A stretch of 64,000 nucleotides of DNA, from NCBI GenBank assembly GCA_964106645.2, contig OZ067039.1, one strand, 5' to 3'. Source of the stretch: Podarcis pityusensis. Its lineage: Eukaryota. The position numbers and the translations under genes are program-made. Numbering within the stretch: the stretch's first letter is position 1; every line of letters starts with the position of its first letter. A model generated the notes under the pieces. That model made no database searches, was not told the DNA's origin, and worked only from the letters and a program-made list of their open reading frames with translations. Of this stretch, positions 27,751-41,050 are shown piece after piece.

Positions 27751-28580
27751 TGATTGTTGAGATACATTGTTTGCAGCTGGTTCCAGTACAGCAGCCTTCC
27801 CTGCTCTAGTAACCTCCAGGTGTTTTGGACTACAGTTCCCATCATACCCGTGGACATGCTGGCTCGGGCTGTTGGGGTGCTGTAGTCCCAAACATCTGGA
27901 GGGCACCAGGATACACAGTAAGTTATCTTTTCTGTTTTGTCTTATTATATGCTACCATAGCTTGTGTTAATGCATTTTCAGTTGAGTAAGAACTCATCAA
28001 CGATGACCTTGAATGCTTCTTACTCTGCAGACTTACCCACCGAGTAGTTTTGCTGACATAATGAAGCACTTTTGACATTTACAATGCACTACATAAATGG
28101 TTAATAACAGTGCTTTTGTCTAGGAAAAGAAGGTGCTGGTACTCACCATGCCCCCCCTTTTTCTCTCCCTCACACTCTCTCCTCTCCCCCCTCAATTAAT
28201 TGAAGCACCACTTTGTGACCCCCTCTCACTTCTTCAGTCTCTCCCCCCACCTTGCCCTGACTTCACATCCACCCAGCCTTCCAGCGTACCATTGATTCCC
28301 ATCAGAAAAAAGCAGTGCTTACTAAGATAATTAATAAATGTTGCCATTGTTTGTTATTTGGAAAAATTCCTTTTCATGCCAAGTGACAACTGCTCTCATT
28401 GTTGCTTGAAGATGATGGCTTTGTTGGTAACCAGCCTCCCTCCCTCAAATGAAAGCAACTGCCTTTAATGGTTTCAGAGTGTGTTAGGTTAGTCTACTCC
28501 CCTTTTGAAATAGCTTAGTTCAAATGGAATCTCACTTGAATATTATTCAGACTGCCTCCTTCAGTCCCATTATACTAGTC

Positions 28581-28847
28581 CAGGGGTCAGCAAACTTTTT
28601 CAGCAGGGGGCCAGTCCACTGTCCCTCAGACCTTGTCGGGGGCCAGGCTGTATTTTGAAAAGAAAAGAAAAAAGAACGAACAAACGAATTCCTTCCTATG
28701 CCCCATAAATAACCCAGAGATGCATTTTAAAGAAAATGACACATTCTACTCAGGTAAAAACACACTGATTCCTGGACCGTCTGCGGGCCGGATTTAGAAG
28801 GCAATTGGGCCAAATCCGACCCCCAGGCCTTAGTTTGCCTACCCGTG
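28581..28847. mobile_element. hAT MITE, 267 bp, with perfect 8-bp TSD
   Basis: Ends CAGGGGTCAGCAAAC / GTTTGCCTACCCGTG; TSD tactagtc at 28573-28580 and 28848-28855. Confidence 0.92.
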
Positions 28848-30133
28848 TACTAGTCATTAGAACAGAGATGCTTCTCAGTTTAGTATGGAAGGAAATAAGA
28901 AGCACCTATGGAACGGGGGTGTACACATGTGCATGCTAGTGCAGGAACGCATATAAATATTTTTAATTAAAAACACAAAGAAATGGCACAGTTCTGCAGG
29001 GATGGAATTGGTAGGACTTGCCATGTATAAAAAGCAATTTGTTTTTTATATTAGGGGCTGATGGGATGGAGAAGTCAAAAGTCTGCATTGGATTCGGCAG
29101 AATTGGAGTGGTGGTGTTGGTCATAGGGATGCTTAAGCCAGAAAAAAGCACAGTGTGCATTGCCCCATATTTCTGGGGAAGATACCCCAGTGGTTGTTCA
29201 ATTTATGTGATATCACTAATCAAAATTATATTGCAACTGTTTCTTATATTGAATTCTCTAGGTTTTTAACCTTTTGAAGTTAGAAATGCATTAAATAATT
29301 AGGATATCATTATCTTCCCTTTATCTTTCCTACCATCTGGGGAACTGTGTGTTTTTGTGTGTGTCTGTGCGCGCTTGTTTTGTTTTGTTTTATCATGTGT
29401 GTGTTTTGTGTTGGGGTTACTCTTATAATCTGTAGTAAAATGTGTGTGAAATACATGTATGTGTATATACAGTTTTCATTCATTCAGCTTCTGATATGCT
29501 TGTTCCTCTTGTCACGGAATAGGTTAAAATATGCCCAAATAGGCACACCTGTGTACTCACACATTTGCTTTTAAAGAGGAAGGAAGTCCATAGGTGATGA
29601 GGCAGCAGCTGGCTCCTGCAAAACAATGCTATTGATGACATTAAATTTAATAAAACCATTTGACTTTCTATCATCTATAATGTTGTAGATGTGATCTAAC
29701 CACCTTAGTATTTTCTTTCTTTTAGTTAATGATAACCAGGTAACAAAGACTGCACTCTTGGCCTTCCAACAGCTGACACTTAACTCTGTATTTGCTAACA
29801 GGGAAGGATGGGTGTGGAGTAGGCTCACACAAGGAAGCCTGGCTTGCCATGATATGGACACCACTCTAGCAGTTCAACTTATCTGCTGCTGTTTTTCCAT
29901 GCTTTTTGCAAGGCAAACCACCACGGGGAGGAAAATTGTATTCCAACTGAGCACAGATAAATAAATCACAGAGATGACTGTGGTTTGTGGATATACAGCA
30001 AATGCTGAGCGTTACAAGAATTAATTGCGACCACATCCTTTTCAGAAGCTGCATAAGCAACAATCACTCCACTTCTCTTCTTTGCTTGCTTGGGAAAGGA
30101 GGGGAAAGCATCATTTCCCAGTACAATCTTTCA

Positions 30134-30395
30134 GAATCATAGAAATGTAGAGTTGCGCGGGACCCTGAGGGTCGTCTAGTCCAGCCCCTGCAGTGCAGGA
30201 ATCTCAGTTAGATTATACATGACAGATAGCCATTCAACCTCTGCTTACAAACCTCCAAAGGAGAAGAGTTCAGCAGCTCTCTTGGGAGTCAGTTGAACAA
30301 CTCTTATTGTCAAAAAGTTATTCCTGATGTTTAGTTGGAATCTCCTTTCTTGTAACTTGAATCCATTGGTTTGTGTCCTAGCCTCCGGAGCAGGA
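30134..30395 (-). mobile_element. CR1 LINE 3' fragment
   Basis: gaatcatagaaatgtagagttg...gaccctgagggtcgtctagtcca is the reverse complement of the CR1 3' UTR with its (ATTCTATG)n tail. Confidence 0.8.
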
Positions 30396-30460
30396 GAAAA
30401 CATGGGTTCAGGTGATCAGGGCACTTGCTTTGGTTTTTTAATACACACAAAATCACTTTC

Positions 30461-30536
<76 letters not shown>
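30461..30536. repeat. Compound (TA)n(CA)n microsatellite
   Basis: Directly visible. Confidence 0.95.
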
Positions 30537-30610
30537 TTGGGTGGGTGGCACACACCTCTTACACAGGTCAGCTGTGACCAGGAGTTCTATGGAAGTATGT
30601 GTGAATGGGC

Positions 30611-30763
30611 NNNNNNNNNNNNNNNNNNNNNNNNNNNNNNNNNNNNNNNNNNNNNNNNNNNNNNNNNNNNNNNNNNNNNNNNNNNNNNNNNNNNNNNNNN
30701 NNNNNNNNNNNNNNNNNNNNNNNNNNNNNNNNNNNNNNNNNNNNNNNNNNNNNNNNNNNNNNN
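30611..30763. other. Assembly gap (153 N)
   Basis: Run of N. Confidence 1.
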
Positions 30764-31164
30764 TTGCATGCTGGCTGCAGAAAAAGGGAAGCTCATTCCT
30801 TAGTCCGTTTCCTGCTACACCAGCCTGTTTGATAGAAAGCAATTCCTACCTGTTAAGACACTAGTCCACTGCACTTCCATGTTGGCTATGAGGAGGATTT
30901 CCCTCCTCTGTGGCCAGCTTGGAAACACTGGCTGCTACAATTATTTATGTATCTGAAATATTTGTAGGCTACGTTTTAAGGTCAGCCCCCTCAAGATGAC
31001 TTCTAAAATGTGGATCCACAATATATAATGAGTACTAAATTGAAAACCATAAAACACACAAAAATAACTTCACTAAACAAAGAGAACTAGCAGTATCACT
31101 AACTGCAAACAACATTTGTCCCATTAAGAATGAAATCTGGTGATTAAACTAATGCAGCTGCATG

Positions 31165-31379
31165 CAGTGGTACCTCAGGTTACAGACGCTTCAGGTTACA
31201 GACGCTGCTAACCCAGAAATAGTACATTGGGTTAAGAACTTTGCTTCAGTATGAGAACAGAAATCGTGCGGCAGCAGTGGGAGGCCCCATTAGCTAAAAT
31301 GGTACCTCAGGATAAGAACAGTTTCAGGTTAAGAACGGACCTCCAGAACGAATTAAGTTCTTAACCCGGGGTACCACTG
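31165..31379. mobile_element. Tigger-like MITE
   Basis: TIRs CAGTGGTACCTCAGGTTA / TAACCCGGGGTACCACTG followed by TA. Confidence 0.87.
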
Positions 31380-32520
31380 TATTGTTTAACAGTTTTTGTT
31401 GGTGGGATTTTGTTGCTATTGTTGTTATTTTGTATCTTCATTTTTAGATCTTATTATTATTCATGATTTATGTGGCAATTGTTCAGTTTGGTTGTGTTTT
31501 GTAAACCTTTTAATATTGCAAGCTGCCTGGAGCATGGTTTTAACTACAGTATAGCGGCATACAGATAAAATGTTGGTGATATACACCATCCAATAAAATC
31601 CTTAAAAAGGCAAGTGTGGGGCAGGAAGACCAGTAAAAGACTCTCTTCCAGTTGGGCCACAGGATCATAGTCCAGGACTCTGCTGAGGTAATTACCTCAT
31701 AAGGAACAAAATGTTTGGCTATCTTACCACACACATCACAAAAGTCGTGGCATTTCCCAAACCATCAATCTTCTGAGCAGGTGCTGAGGAATTTAGGGAG
31801 CGGCAGCCTAACTCCCACATCAGTGACATGAATGTCTACTGTCTTATCTGTTCATTGTACAAAATTCATGCCTTGGAAGGCTTTCATCAAACTTAGTAGA
31901 GGAATACATATGTATCCCAACGCCTGTCTGTTCTTCATCTTTCCCAGCATTGTATGCCCCTTCCTTTACTTTGCCAGATATTGTATGATCTCATAGGAGA
32001 AAAGGAAATAGACACCATAATAGCCCTGCCTATATTTGTCAGCTCCATAACCAAGGGGTTCTGATCCATGCTAACCTTTTGGTTAAAGCTAACAAAAAAG
32101 TACAAATAGTCATAGTAGCTATGATATCAACGCAAACTGTGCATTACATTCTGCAGTGAACAGAAGCTACTACAAACTGACATAATAAACTGCTATAATA
32201 CTGATCACATTAGGTACTGTGGTTTTGGAGTTCTGCCCAAACAATAAATTATGGATATTTTTACAAACTGGCCCCAGTTTCATCAGTATTTCTTACATGG
32301 TAAATGTTGAAGCTCAAGGAGGGGTGCATACAACTCCCAAAAGGCCACAGCAGTTTTAGATATGTCACGACTTTGGGAAGATGTTTAATTAGCTTGCTCC
32401 TTATGAGGTAACCATCTTGGCTTGGACTCTTGCTCTATAACTTTGCAAAGCAAGAAGAGAGCAGCCATTTCATATTTCCCAAAGTTTTACATGACCTGAA
32501 CCCCTCCTTACATGAGGGAT

Positions 32521-33103
32521 ACATGGGAATAATTTGTGTCAAAGCAGAAATAACATGAGGAGTTGTTGATAAATTTGGGAGAGCAGGTATTTCTTGAGAT
32601 CAAATAACTGATTTCAGAGTTTTAAAATCACAAGTATTTGTGTAGCCTGGTGAAGATTAAGCAAAATGTTTTATTCTAAATTATCTTACTCACTGCTTCA
32701 CATCACATTTATTGATAAGAGAGGCAGGTTGGATTTGTAAAAAGTAATTTTAACAATGGTTTGCAGCGTGGTTATGTAAGCATGTTAGATGTGAAACACT
32801 TTAAATGTGAATATCAGGCGAGTCTCTGACTCCTCCCTTGAGCCATTAAGAGGAAGTGAATACAATATTATGTGAACGAAAATACTGTGCAGCCCAAATG
32901 ATCACAATATAAAAAGTAGTTGCTGTTTGTCAGGATTCTTACGAACCCTTGGTACTTAGTAGGTCACTTTTTCTTGGGCAGCATAGATTGAGGAATGAGA
33001 GATGAAGTATTGAGGAGGATAGTATATCAAGGCACAAAAAATGGATCAGATTGTTGATAGACCACCAGACATGGGAATAATTTGTGTCAAAGCAGAAATA
33101 ACA
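32521..33103. repeat. Perfect 35-bp direct repeat pair (32521-32555 and 33069-33103)
   Basis: acatgggaataatttgtgtcaaagcagaaataaca occurs twice, 548 bp apart. Confidence 0.9.
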
Positions 33104-34123
33104 ACTTGTGGTGAATAATAAGCAGAGGATCATTTGGTCACCTGCTGTTGATGAAGAATGGTGAAATGCTGAGGAACTTCATTTTGACAAAAATAAAAAT
33201 AAATCAGAGATCATGTTGTCTATAGTAAAACCTTCAGTTCTCTAATTTCAGTCTGCAAACTCTTAGGTTGAATACTTAAACATTTTGCAGATCTTGCTCT
33301 GCATCATTTCCCTGATTTATCCAACACCTGTAGACAGAAGGGGAAAGTAAGTGTTCTGGGCGTTGGTCCAAAAGAAATACTGATATTCCAAGTACTGTCC
33401 CCTCAAGTTCCTGCAGAGACAATTAAGTTATTGCCTGTTAGCTGAAATCTCACCTCCAGAATCAGTTAGGCTGCAGGAGCCTTTTCTGAGTGTAGGTGGA
33501 AATACAAGGTGCATCTAAATAACAACGGCTTTCCAAATTGTGTCTTATGCCACACAAAAATTGGGAAAGGTTTTTCTGAGTATGAAGCCCCTCTTCTGTT
33601 ATGGAAGCAATATGCTGTCCTGAGTAGTAAATGAACAGGGCCACTTCTGCTGTGACTTGCATGTGTCTCTAAAAAGAATCATATTTTCATAGCGTGTTTT
33701 ATTAAAGCTACTCCCCCTACCTATATTTTCAAAATTTGGCTTAGGAAAAAGAATTGTTGAAAGTGACCATATAAACCCTGGAACTATGCTGCTAACATCC
33801 AGTTTTGAAAACCAGACCTACTTTTTGGAAGGTGGGGAAATGGCAGAGAGTGAGAGGCTAATGTCATTTAACAGGATTGACATGCTGTTTATGGAAGTTC
33901 TGAAGAGGTCCAGATTTCAGTTGGATGTGACAGAGGCTGGGTGGTGGACCCTTGGGATATTTAGGAACATTAAGATGACACACTAGCTTCCATCCAAAGC
34001 ATTGGAATTAATTTTGAGGCACTGATATGCTGTTTGATGTTTTGTTTGTTTGTTTGAGAGATGCTCTGTAAACGATCCTCTGATTTTTAGCAAGCAGTTA
34101 ATGGCATTGCTGACAATATAAAC

Positions 34124-34262
34124 CAGCCTTCTGCAACCTGTAGCCCTCCAGAAATGGTGGGTCCCCCAACTCCTATCACTCCCAACCAGCATGGCTAGTG
34201 GTCAAGGAGGATGGAGCTTGCAGTCCAACAGCATCTGGAGGGCACCAGATGTGGGAAGGCTG
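34124..34262. mobile_element. Short palindromic hAT-type MITE
   Basis: Ends CAGCCTTC / GAAGGCTG; TSD atataaac / atagaaac (7/8). Confidence 0.85.
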
Positions 34263-34813
34263 ATAGAAACTGATCAGTTCTATCTCGCCTCTGCTGGGGG
34301 GTTAGGTGGGCCATCCTCAGCCCCTGCCCCTCATCTCAGAAACAGGGACACAACACAAGAATCCCGTAAAGCAGATCAGCAAGGATGGCTACAAGATCGT
34401 GGTTTCAAAATGCTTTAAACATTCTTAAGCCCCGTACAATTGCTGAGTATCAGTTGCGGTATTAAAAAGCATGCAATCTCTAAATAATTTTTCATAGTTC
34501 AGGATGGGAAATATTAGAGTTATGCCAGTTCTCCTTCATCCCATCACAAAAATATCCAGCAGTGGTCCATAAAACTTAGATCACAAGGCTCTTCACAGTA
34601 TGTGCAATAGTAATTGTGATCACAAAGAACTTTACTTGGAAAATGCAGTATCTCCATATAAATAGAAGTGCGGGCTCTAAGCAAAACATGAGAAATTAAT
34701 GTAGATTTATTGTGCTAAAAAACATTATGCATAAAATCCAGTGCTTTAGTTGCAAAAAGTGCTAGGACACTGCTGCTGGCTTTTCTTTTTTTACATCTGT
34801 TGAATGGCTCTAA

Positions 34814-35131
<318 letters not shown>

Positions 35132-35444
35132 TAAGTTTGTTATAAGTAGCTTACACAGCTGCATTTCAGAAATGTTGAGAGAGAGAGAGAGACATATGTA
35201 GCCAATGAACAACCCCGTTTCTTAAAAAAAGACAGCAGCATTTGTGTTTCATATTTTCCAGAGTACAGAAACCTCACACATCAGGTATGCAGTCACATAA
35301 CATCAGTGAACATATAGTACAGATATCAGATTTTAAAAAAAACACTATTAAAGAATGAATGAAGCAGCTCAAAAGATAAGTTAATAATGAAAAAAAATGG
35401 GAAAGCTAGAAGGTCAAAGAAACATGCAGCCTATGTTGCATACT

Positions 35445-35581
35445 GAGTTGGAAGGTGGAAGGGACCTTGAGGATCATCTAGTCCAGCCTCTGCAATACAG
35501 GATTATTCAGCTGTTCCATATGGGTATCAAACTTGCAACCTAGGCATTATCAGCATCCAACTCTAACCAAGTGAGCTATCC
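35445..35581 (-). mobile_element. Short SINE with tRNA-Ile-like head and CR1-derived 3' end
   Basis: The reverse complement is ggatagctcacttggttagag...gctgataatgc...gtttgatacc (tRNA-like), followed by cctgtattgcagaggctggactagatgatcctcaaggtcccttcc, which is the CR1 3' end. Confidence 0.75.
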
Positions 35582-35601
35582 AGTGTTTAAGTTACCAAAT
35601 T

Positions 35602-36034
35602 CAGGGGTGGGGAACCTCCAACATGTGAGCCCAGACTTGCCAGGACTCCCCATTTGGCCGTTTCAGCCAAGCCATGGAAACCTGAACTACACCTGACATT
35701 ATATATGATGTCATGTATAGGGCAGGTTAAGACCTGTCTGAGCTGAACAGGGGTTTATTGCCACTGGCCATCTGCCAATCAGAGTCACTTGCAAAACTGT
35801 ATGTAAAACACTGTGCATAAGGCTTTGCAAGACCCAATGGTCAGCTGATTGCCCAGTCCTGCTGAGCCCATTGAGAAGTGATCCACAAAATCCATGCAAG
35901 CAAAAAGTACCACCTGGCATAATGGTGAGATCAGGTGATTGACATGTAGCTCCAGCCCCCTGTCATACTTGGCCTGTGAGGGGTGGGGGAGGTAAAAATC
36001 TGACCTGCTGGTGAGTTCTAGTTCCCCACCGCTG
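35602..36034. mobile_element. hAT-type non-autonomous transposon, 433 bp
   Basis: TIRs CAGGGGTGGGGAAC / GTTCCCCACCGCTG; decayed TSD accaaatt / atcaaaat. Confidence 0.75.
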
Positions 36035-39000
36035 ATCAAAATAAAGGCAGCTTCATTAAAGAGAGAGTCACTGCCACTTTGAAATCTGATCTTTTATATC
36101 TGCGAGGTCAATTTCTCCAATACATGGGGGAGGTGCACTCCCTTCATTTACTTGCCCACATTTTAAAAATTGAACTTTTACTATGAAATATAAATACAAA
36201 AGCATAAGATGTGGTTATGTGCATACAACCAATATATATGGATTGTAACTATCATGATTAAATACAATTTAAAGCATAGCTGGAACTTTTAAGAGCTTGC
36301 CTAGAAATGTTCTAAGTGTAACTGGAAACTTTTGACACATAATATGATAGTGAAACTGCTATGTGCTAGAAACCAAATTCTGTTATAACTATTAACAAAG
36401 TTGTGTGAGCCAAGATGCATTCCTTCTATATTCCCCCGTACCAAAATGCATTTAATTGAGTCCTGTACTACAGCCCAATAAAGGGCAGACTCCCTTATTC
36501 AGTAAGTGATTATCTTGCTGCCTGCCTTCCCTCACCGTAATCATGTGTGTCAGTTTCATCATCATCATTATTTATTATTTATGTAAAATGTTTGTGAATC
36601 ACCTATAATCCTAGATTCAACTGGTTTACAACAAAATAAAATACAGAATAGAATACATCATACATGCTAGCCACTTGCCTAGATAATTTTAGCTGCGAAG
36701 AATAAAGAAAACTGATTTTTACAGGCATACAAAGGATTATCCGCATCTGTTCTGTTCAGTATCACTGGCCTTTGAACTTTCATAGTTGGATAGTAAACAT
36801 CATAGGATATATCCATTTGAGTCATACTCAGAGTAGAGCCATATGGCTGATGTGACTTATTTCACCTGATAGGACTTAATTACACACAACCATATAACTT
36901 TACAGAAATGCACAGTAAGCTGTCAGAGATGCCTTTCTCCACCCAGAGCAATGGAGGTTGCCTAACAGCCTGTAGTGGTTTTTTTTTAAATTTAGGAGCA
37001 ATCCCAAGCAAAATCTGTTTTCCTGTTGCCAGTTGCTTGAGCAATTTATTCTGACAAACAGTAACCACATGTTTGTTTTCCACCCAAAACAAGGAACATC
37101 AGCAATCTCTCTCTTTTTTCCCTGCATGACGCAACACGGTCTTGTGACTATGAGCTGCTTGAGGCCAGAAGCTCTTTTGTTGAGGATTCAGAGCATAAGA
37201 CACCAACCACTATCTCATTTCTGTCTTTGTATGACACTAGAGCACTTAATTGTGCAAAGATATAGATTGTGCAAGTTGACATGGAGAAATGTGTATTTCA
37301 GAGGAATGAGAAGAGAGAGTTCTGTCATTATCTGTGTTAGAACATGGAGTCTTTCAGCACCCAAGTTGGCCACAAAGGGTTGTTCTCTTTCAATACAGGC
37401 AGGCTTTATGTTTCCATTTGCCTTTGGGCGCATATTGTTATTGCTTTTCCTCTTTGATTTCTCTTGACGTCTTGGCTTGTCATAGTTTCTTTTATGACTG
37501 CCAGTTAGTTGATTAGATTGGTGCAAGGGCTTAGTACCCATTAACTAATAACATGCTGTCAGCCTATGTTTCCATCCATCCTGCATTTAAGATGTCTTTG
37601 CCCATTAACCCTATGTCCCTTTGCTAATTCATCAACTAATGCAATGAAAAACATAAGTTGAAGACAGGCCTGCATCATGCATAGCTTCTGCATCATTCTG
37701 GAAGTGGGTGTATGCTGTGGGCTTTTGTTAAAACCTTTATAGAACCTCAGTGCTCTATACTGTAGACAGGAGGGGTTAGATTTTGAAGAGGCATTTGTTC
37801 AGAGCCTGCCCAGACTTCATTTTTACTGCACAAACAAGACCAAGTCTCAAGTATATGCAGTCTTGCTCCTGACCATGGAGTTTGTATGTGCTAGATTTCT
37901 CTCTACTGTATGTGGAATTTCTTTTAGATCCCACATGCAGATAAATACTTGCACTAGCCCAAGTTGTTCCTTCCTTTACAGTTTTCTGACATCTGTCTAC
38001 CTACTCATATTTGGGGACTGGCTCTTTGAACCTTCCTGCATTAACCTTCTCTTTGATTCCATATGACCTGCCTTACTATATGTTGTTTTATTCATTCCAT
38101 TGTAATACTAACAATATGCAAAAAATCTACAAGTCCAATATTCAGAGGTGCTGCTGCAACTCCAAATGTCCTTGTGTGGGGGAAACCAAGACCACCTCTC
38201 CCTTCAACAGAAAACCCTCCAAATAGTCCTCCTTATTGAAGCACTTCAAAGCCCATTCAATGTCTCCTATGTAGAATTTCTTCTGAAATTGACCAGGAAG
38301 CTGAACTACAATGAAGTAGAAATTGAATAGTTCTTTTGCAAAAGTTGTGGGGGGGGGGCTTGTGGTGGTTTGAATGAGTCGATTTTTAAAAGAAAATGTC
38401 CTTTTTGCTTATTTGGGACAAAGGTGTTCTCCTTTATAGATGGAATGGAAAACATTGCCTGAATTACAAACTTAGGCACAATTTTTTTGGGGGGGAGAGG
38501 TAATTGTACTTCCTTCTTTGTCTTCTTATCCTCTTGCTGTAATAATAATCTTAAATTTAAGATAAGCTAATTGGTACTCACAGAAACCTCTTGTCACACA
38601 TTCACAGATAAATCTTTCATACATCTGAGCAGCTAGGATGGATAAATATAATAAACAACAATATTTGTGTTCTTGTGCCTGATAATTACATTAGAGTGAA
38701 GCTTAATTTATGCATCCTTGTGTAGTGATTCTCTGAATGGAGTGAGCCCTTTGCTGTTTCCTTTGGCCTTTTGCTAGAAGGATAATAAGAAAGAGAGGAC
38801 TTGCCGTTCTGAGTGGCTTAATAGATTCCTCTCGGCTGCCAGCAGCAAGCTGCTGTTGTGTCTCAAGGACATCTCTGTTGTGTTTCATGGCCCAGCTGGA
38901 ATACTCGATGGATATTTATTAGCTACAATTCAAAATGTTAATTAATAAAAGTCCTTGACTCTCTCCTCTGGAGGGACTGGTATGAACAGTTTTCCCAGTG

Positions 39001-40629
39001 CTGCACCACTTGATATGCTGCAAACCTACCAATCACACGATGAAACCCACAATTAGGTGGATTGTAGTGCTGCATCTGGGGCTTGGTCGGATGTCATAAC
39101 TCATGGGCGAGATAAATACTTTCTTTGGGACCTTGAATTGGAGCCAGGTCTTGCAGTAAAAGGAAGATGCCTTATCATAAAGTAGCAAATATGTGGTGAG
39201 GTGAAGCACACATTATCATGTTGAAAGCCAAATATAGCAATCTTTCTGAGAATGGTTTGTTCATATTAAAAACTCCTCCACCTAACAGATTATTCTTCCT
39301 GCTTCATTTATGCATTCAGGATTGTAGCCTGATTTCATTAAAGTTTCCAATTACATTAGTTCCAGAGGATTACTTGTACAGGCTCACTGTTCACATAACA
39401 CTAAGTCAAAACCATTGCTTAGCAGGAATGCACATGTTCCTGAACAGAAGATCACAGCTGGCCCTGCAGTTCTGCACTGTGTGTGCTGCTGCTGTCCTAC
39501 TTGGAGCTAAACCATGGTTTGTCTCCTCTAGACAAACCATGGGCTGTAAATCAAGAACAGACCTCTTCTCTCCAAGAACTTACATGCTTGTGCATTAGTG
39601 CCAAACCATGGTTTGGCTTGGTATAACCTGTGAACCAATCAGAGACTTCTGTTCAAAAAAAGAAAAGTAAAAGAAGGCTCCAGTTAGTGCTTTAGGCAAA
39701 CATATTTATAGTTATGTAAGCCTTTGTGGGCTGGAGCAAGGATGGGGAACCCACGGGACTCCTGATGACGATGGACTCCAGCTCTCATCACCCTTTGCCA
39801 TTAGCCATGTTGGTTAGGACTGGTCTCATCTAATTGGGCCCAAGGTTGCATGGACAAAGTGGGAAGGCAAGACTGGGCATCTAGTAACAACTTTTGAAAC
39901 TTACTGGTTTAGGAAAGCAGTAAGGCTGCTTGGATGGATCTGTGAAAGTCCCAGGACACGCAGGAACTGAAATCCTCTTTGTATTCTTTTCTTTTCTCAA
40001 GTTGAAATAGGCTTCCCCCTTCCCCCACTAGTGGCATAAAGGAGCGCAGCAGTGAAGCTGTGAAAGTCTGATGTGTGCGACAAAAAAGCCATTGCTGAGT
40101 CAAGGGATTTAGCTGCTAACAGTCCTCATGCTGAGAGCCTTGAGCTTTCCATGCACAGACTCCTAAGTGGCTATTAAGAACAATCTGCTGTACTTTACCA
40201 GAGAGAAGCAACAGACAGGACAGATTAGGCTCTTTGCTGGCTTCTTGTTCTTTCCAGTAACTTGTCTTGGAGACCTGTGTACATCCTTGTCATCTGTGTT
40301 CCAGTAACGAGGGCAGAGCCATTCCTCTTAAAAGGAACACTAGAAATATAATACACTGTGAGTTACACCATGGCAGGGAGAAGGAGATGCGAGGTTTTTG
40401 TCTGCAGCTACAGATCTGTGGTGGAATGTGCTTGACAAACATTTCTAGTGGCTTATCTAATTTTTGGTGCCTTATCTATAGATCTGCAGGATCACTGAAT
40501 AGGAGGCCTCTGGGGGTTGTGCATAAAGCCTGCACTTTGATTACACAGCATCAGAGCCTTGCCTCTGGAATGGATGTTCAGAATTTCAAACATCCACAGA
40601 ATTTAAACTCAAAAGATACATAGTGAATT

Positions 40630-41050
40630 AATTTGTCTAGTCCCTTTGTTAAAGCTATCCAAGCTGGTGGCCATCACTAAGTCTTGCGGGAAGAGCGAAT
40701 TCCATAGTTAACTCTGCACTGCGTGAAGAAGTGCCTTCTTTTGTATGTCCTGAATCTTCCAGCATTCAGCTGCGTTGGATGGCCTTGCATTCTAATATTA
40801 CGAAAGAGGGAGCAAAACTTCTCCCTATCCGTTTTCTTCACACCGTACATAGTTGTGTACACGTCTGTCATGTTTCCTTTTACTCACCTTTTCTCTAAAC
40901 TAAAAAGCCTCAAATTCTACAGTCTTTCCACATAGGGGAGTTGCTCCATCTCCTTAAACGTTTTTGGTTGCCCTTTTCTCAACCTCTCCAGCTGTACAAT
41001 ATCCTTTTTGAGGGGAGGCGACCAGAATGGGACACAGTGTTCCAACATGG
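40630..41050 (-). mobile_element. CR1 LINE ORF2 C-terminal fragment
   Basis: Track ORF 40677..40871(-), MTDVYTTMYGVKKTDREKFCSL...RMQGHPTQLNAGRFRTYKRRHFFTQ, matches the CR1 ORF2 C-terminus pattern (VYKIMHG...TRGHPMKL...RFRTDKRKYFFTQR). Confidence 0.85.

Noticed and set aside
30327-30864. ORFs spanning X runs
   Set aside because: Artefacts of the microsatellite and the N gap.
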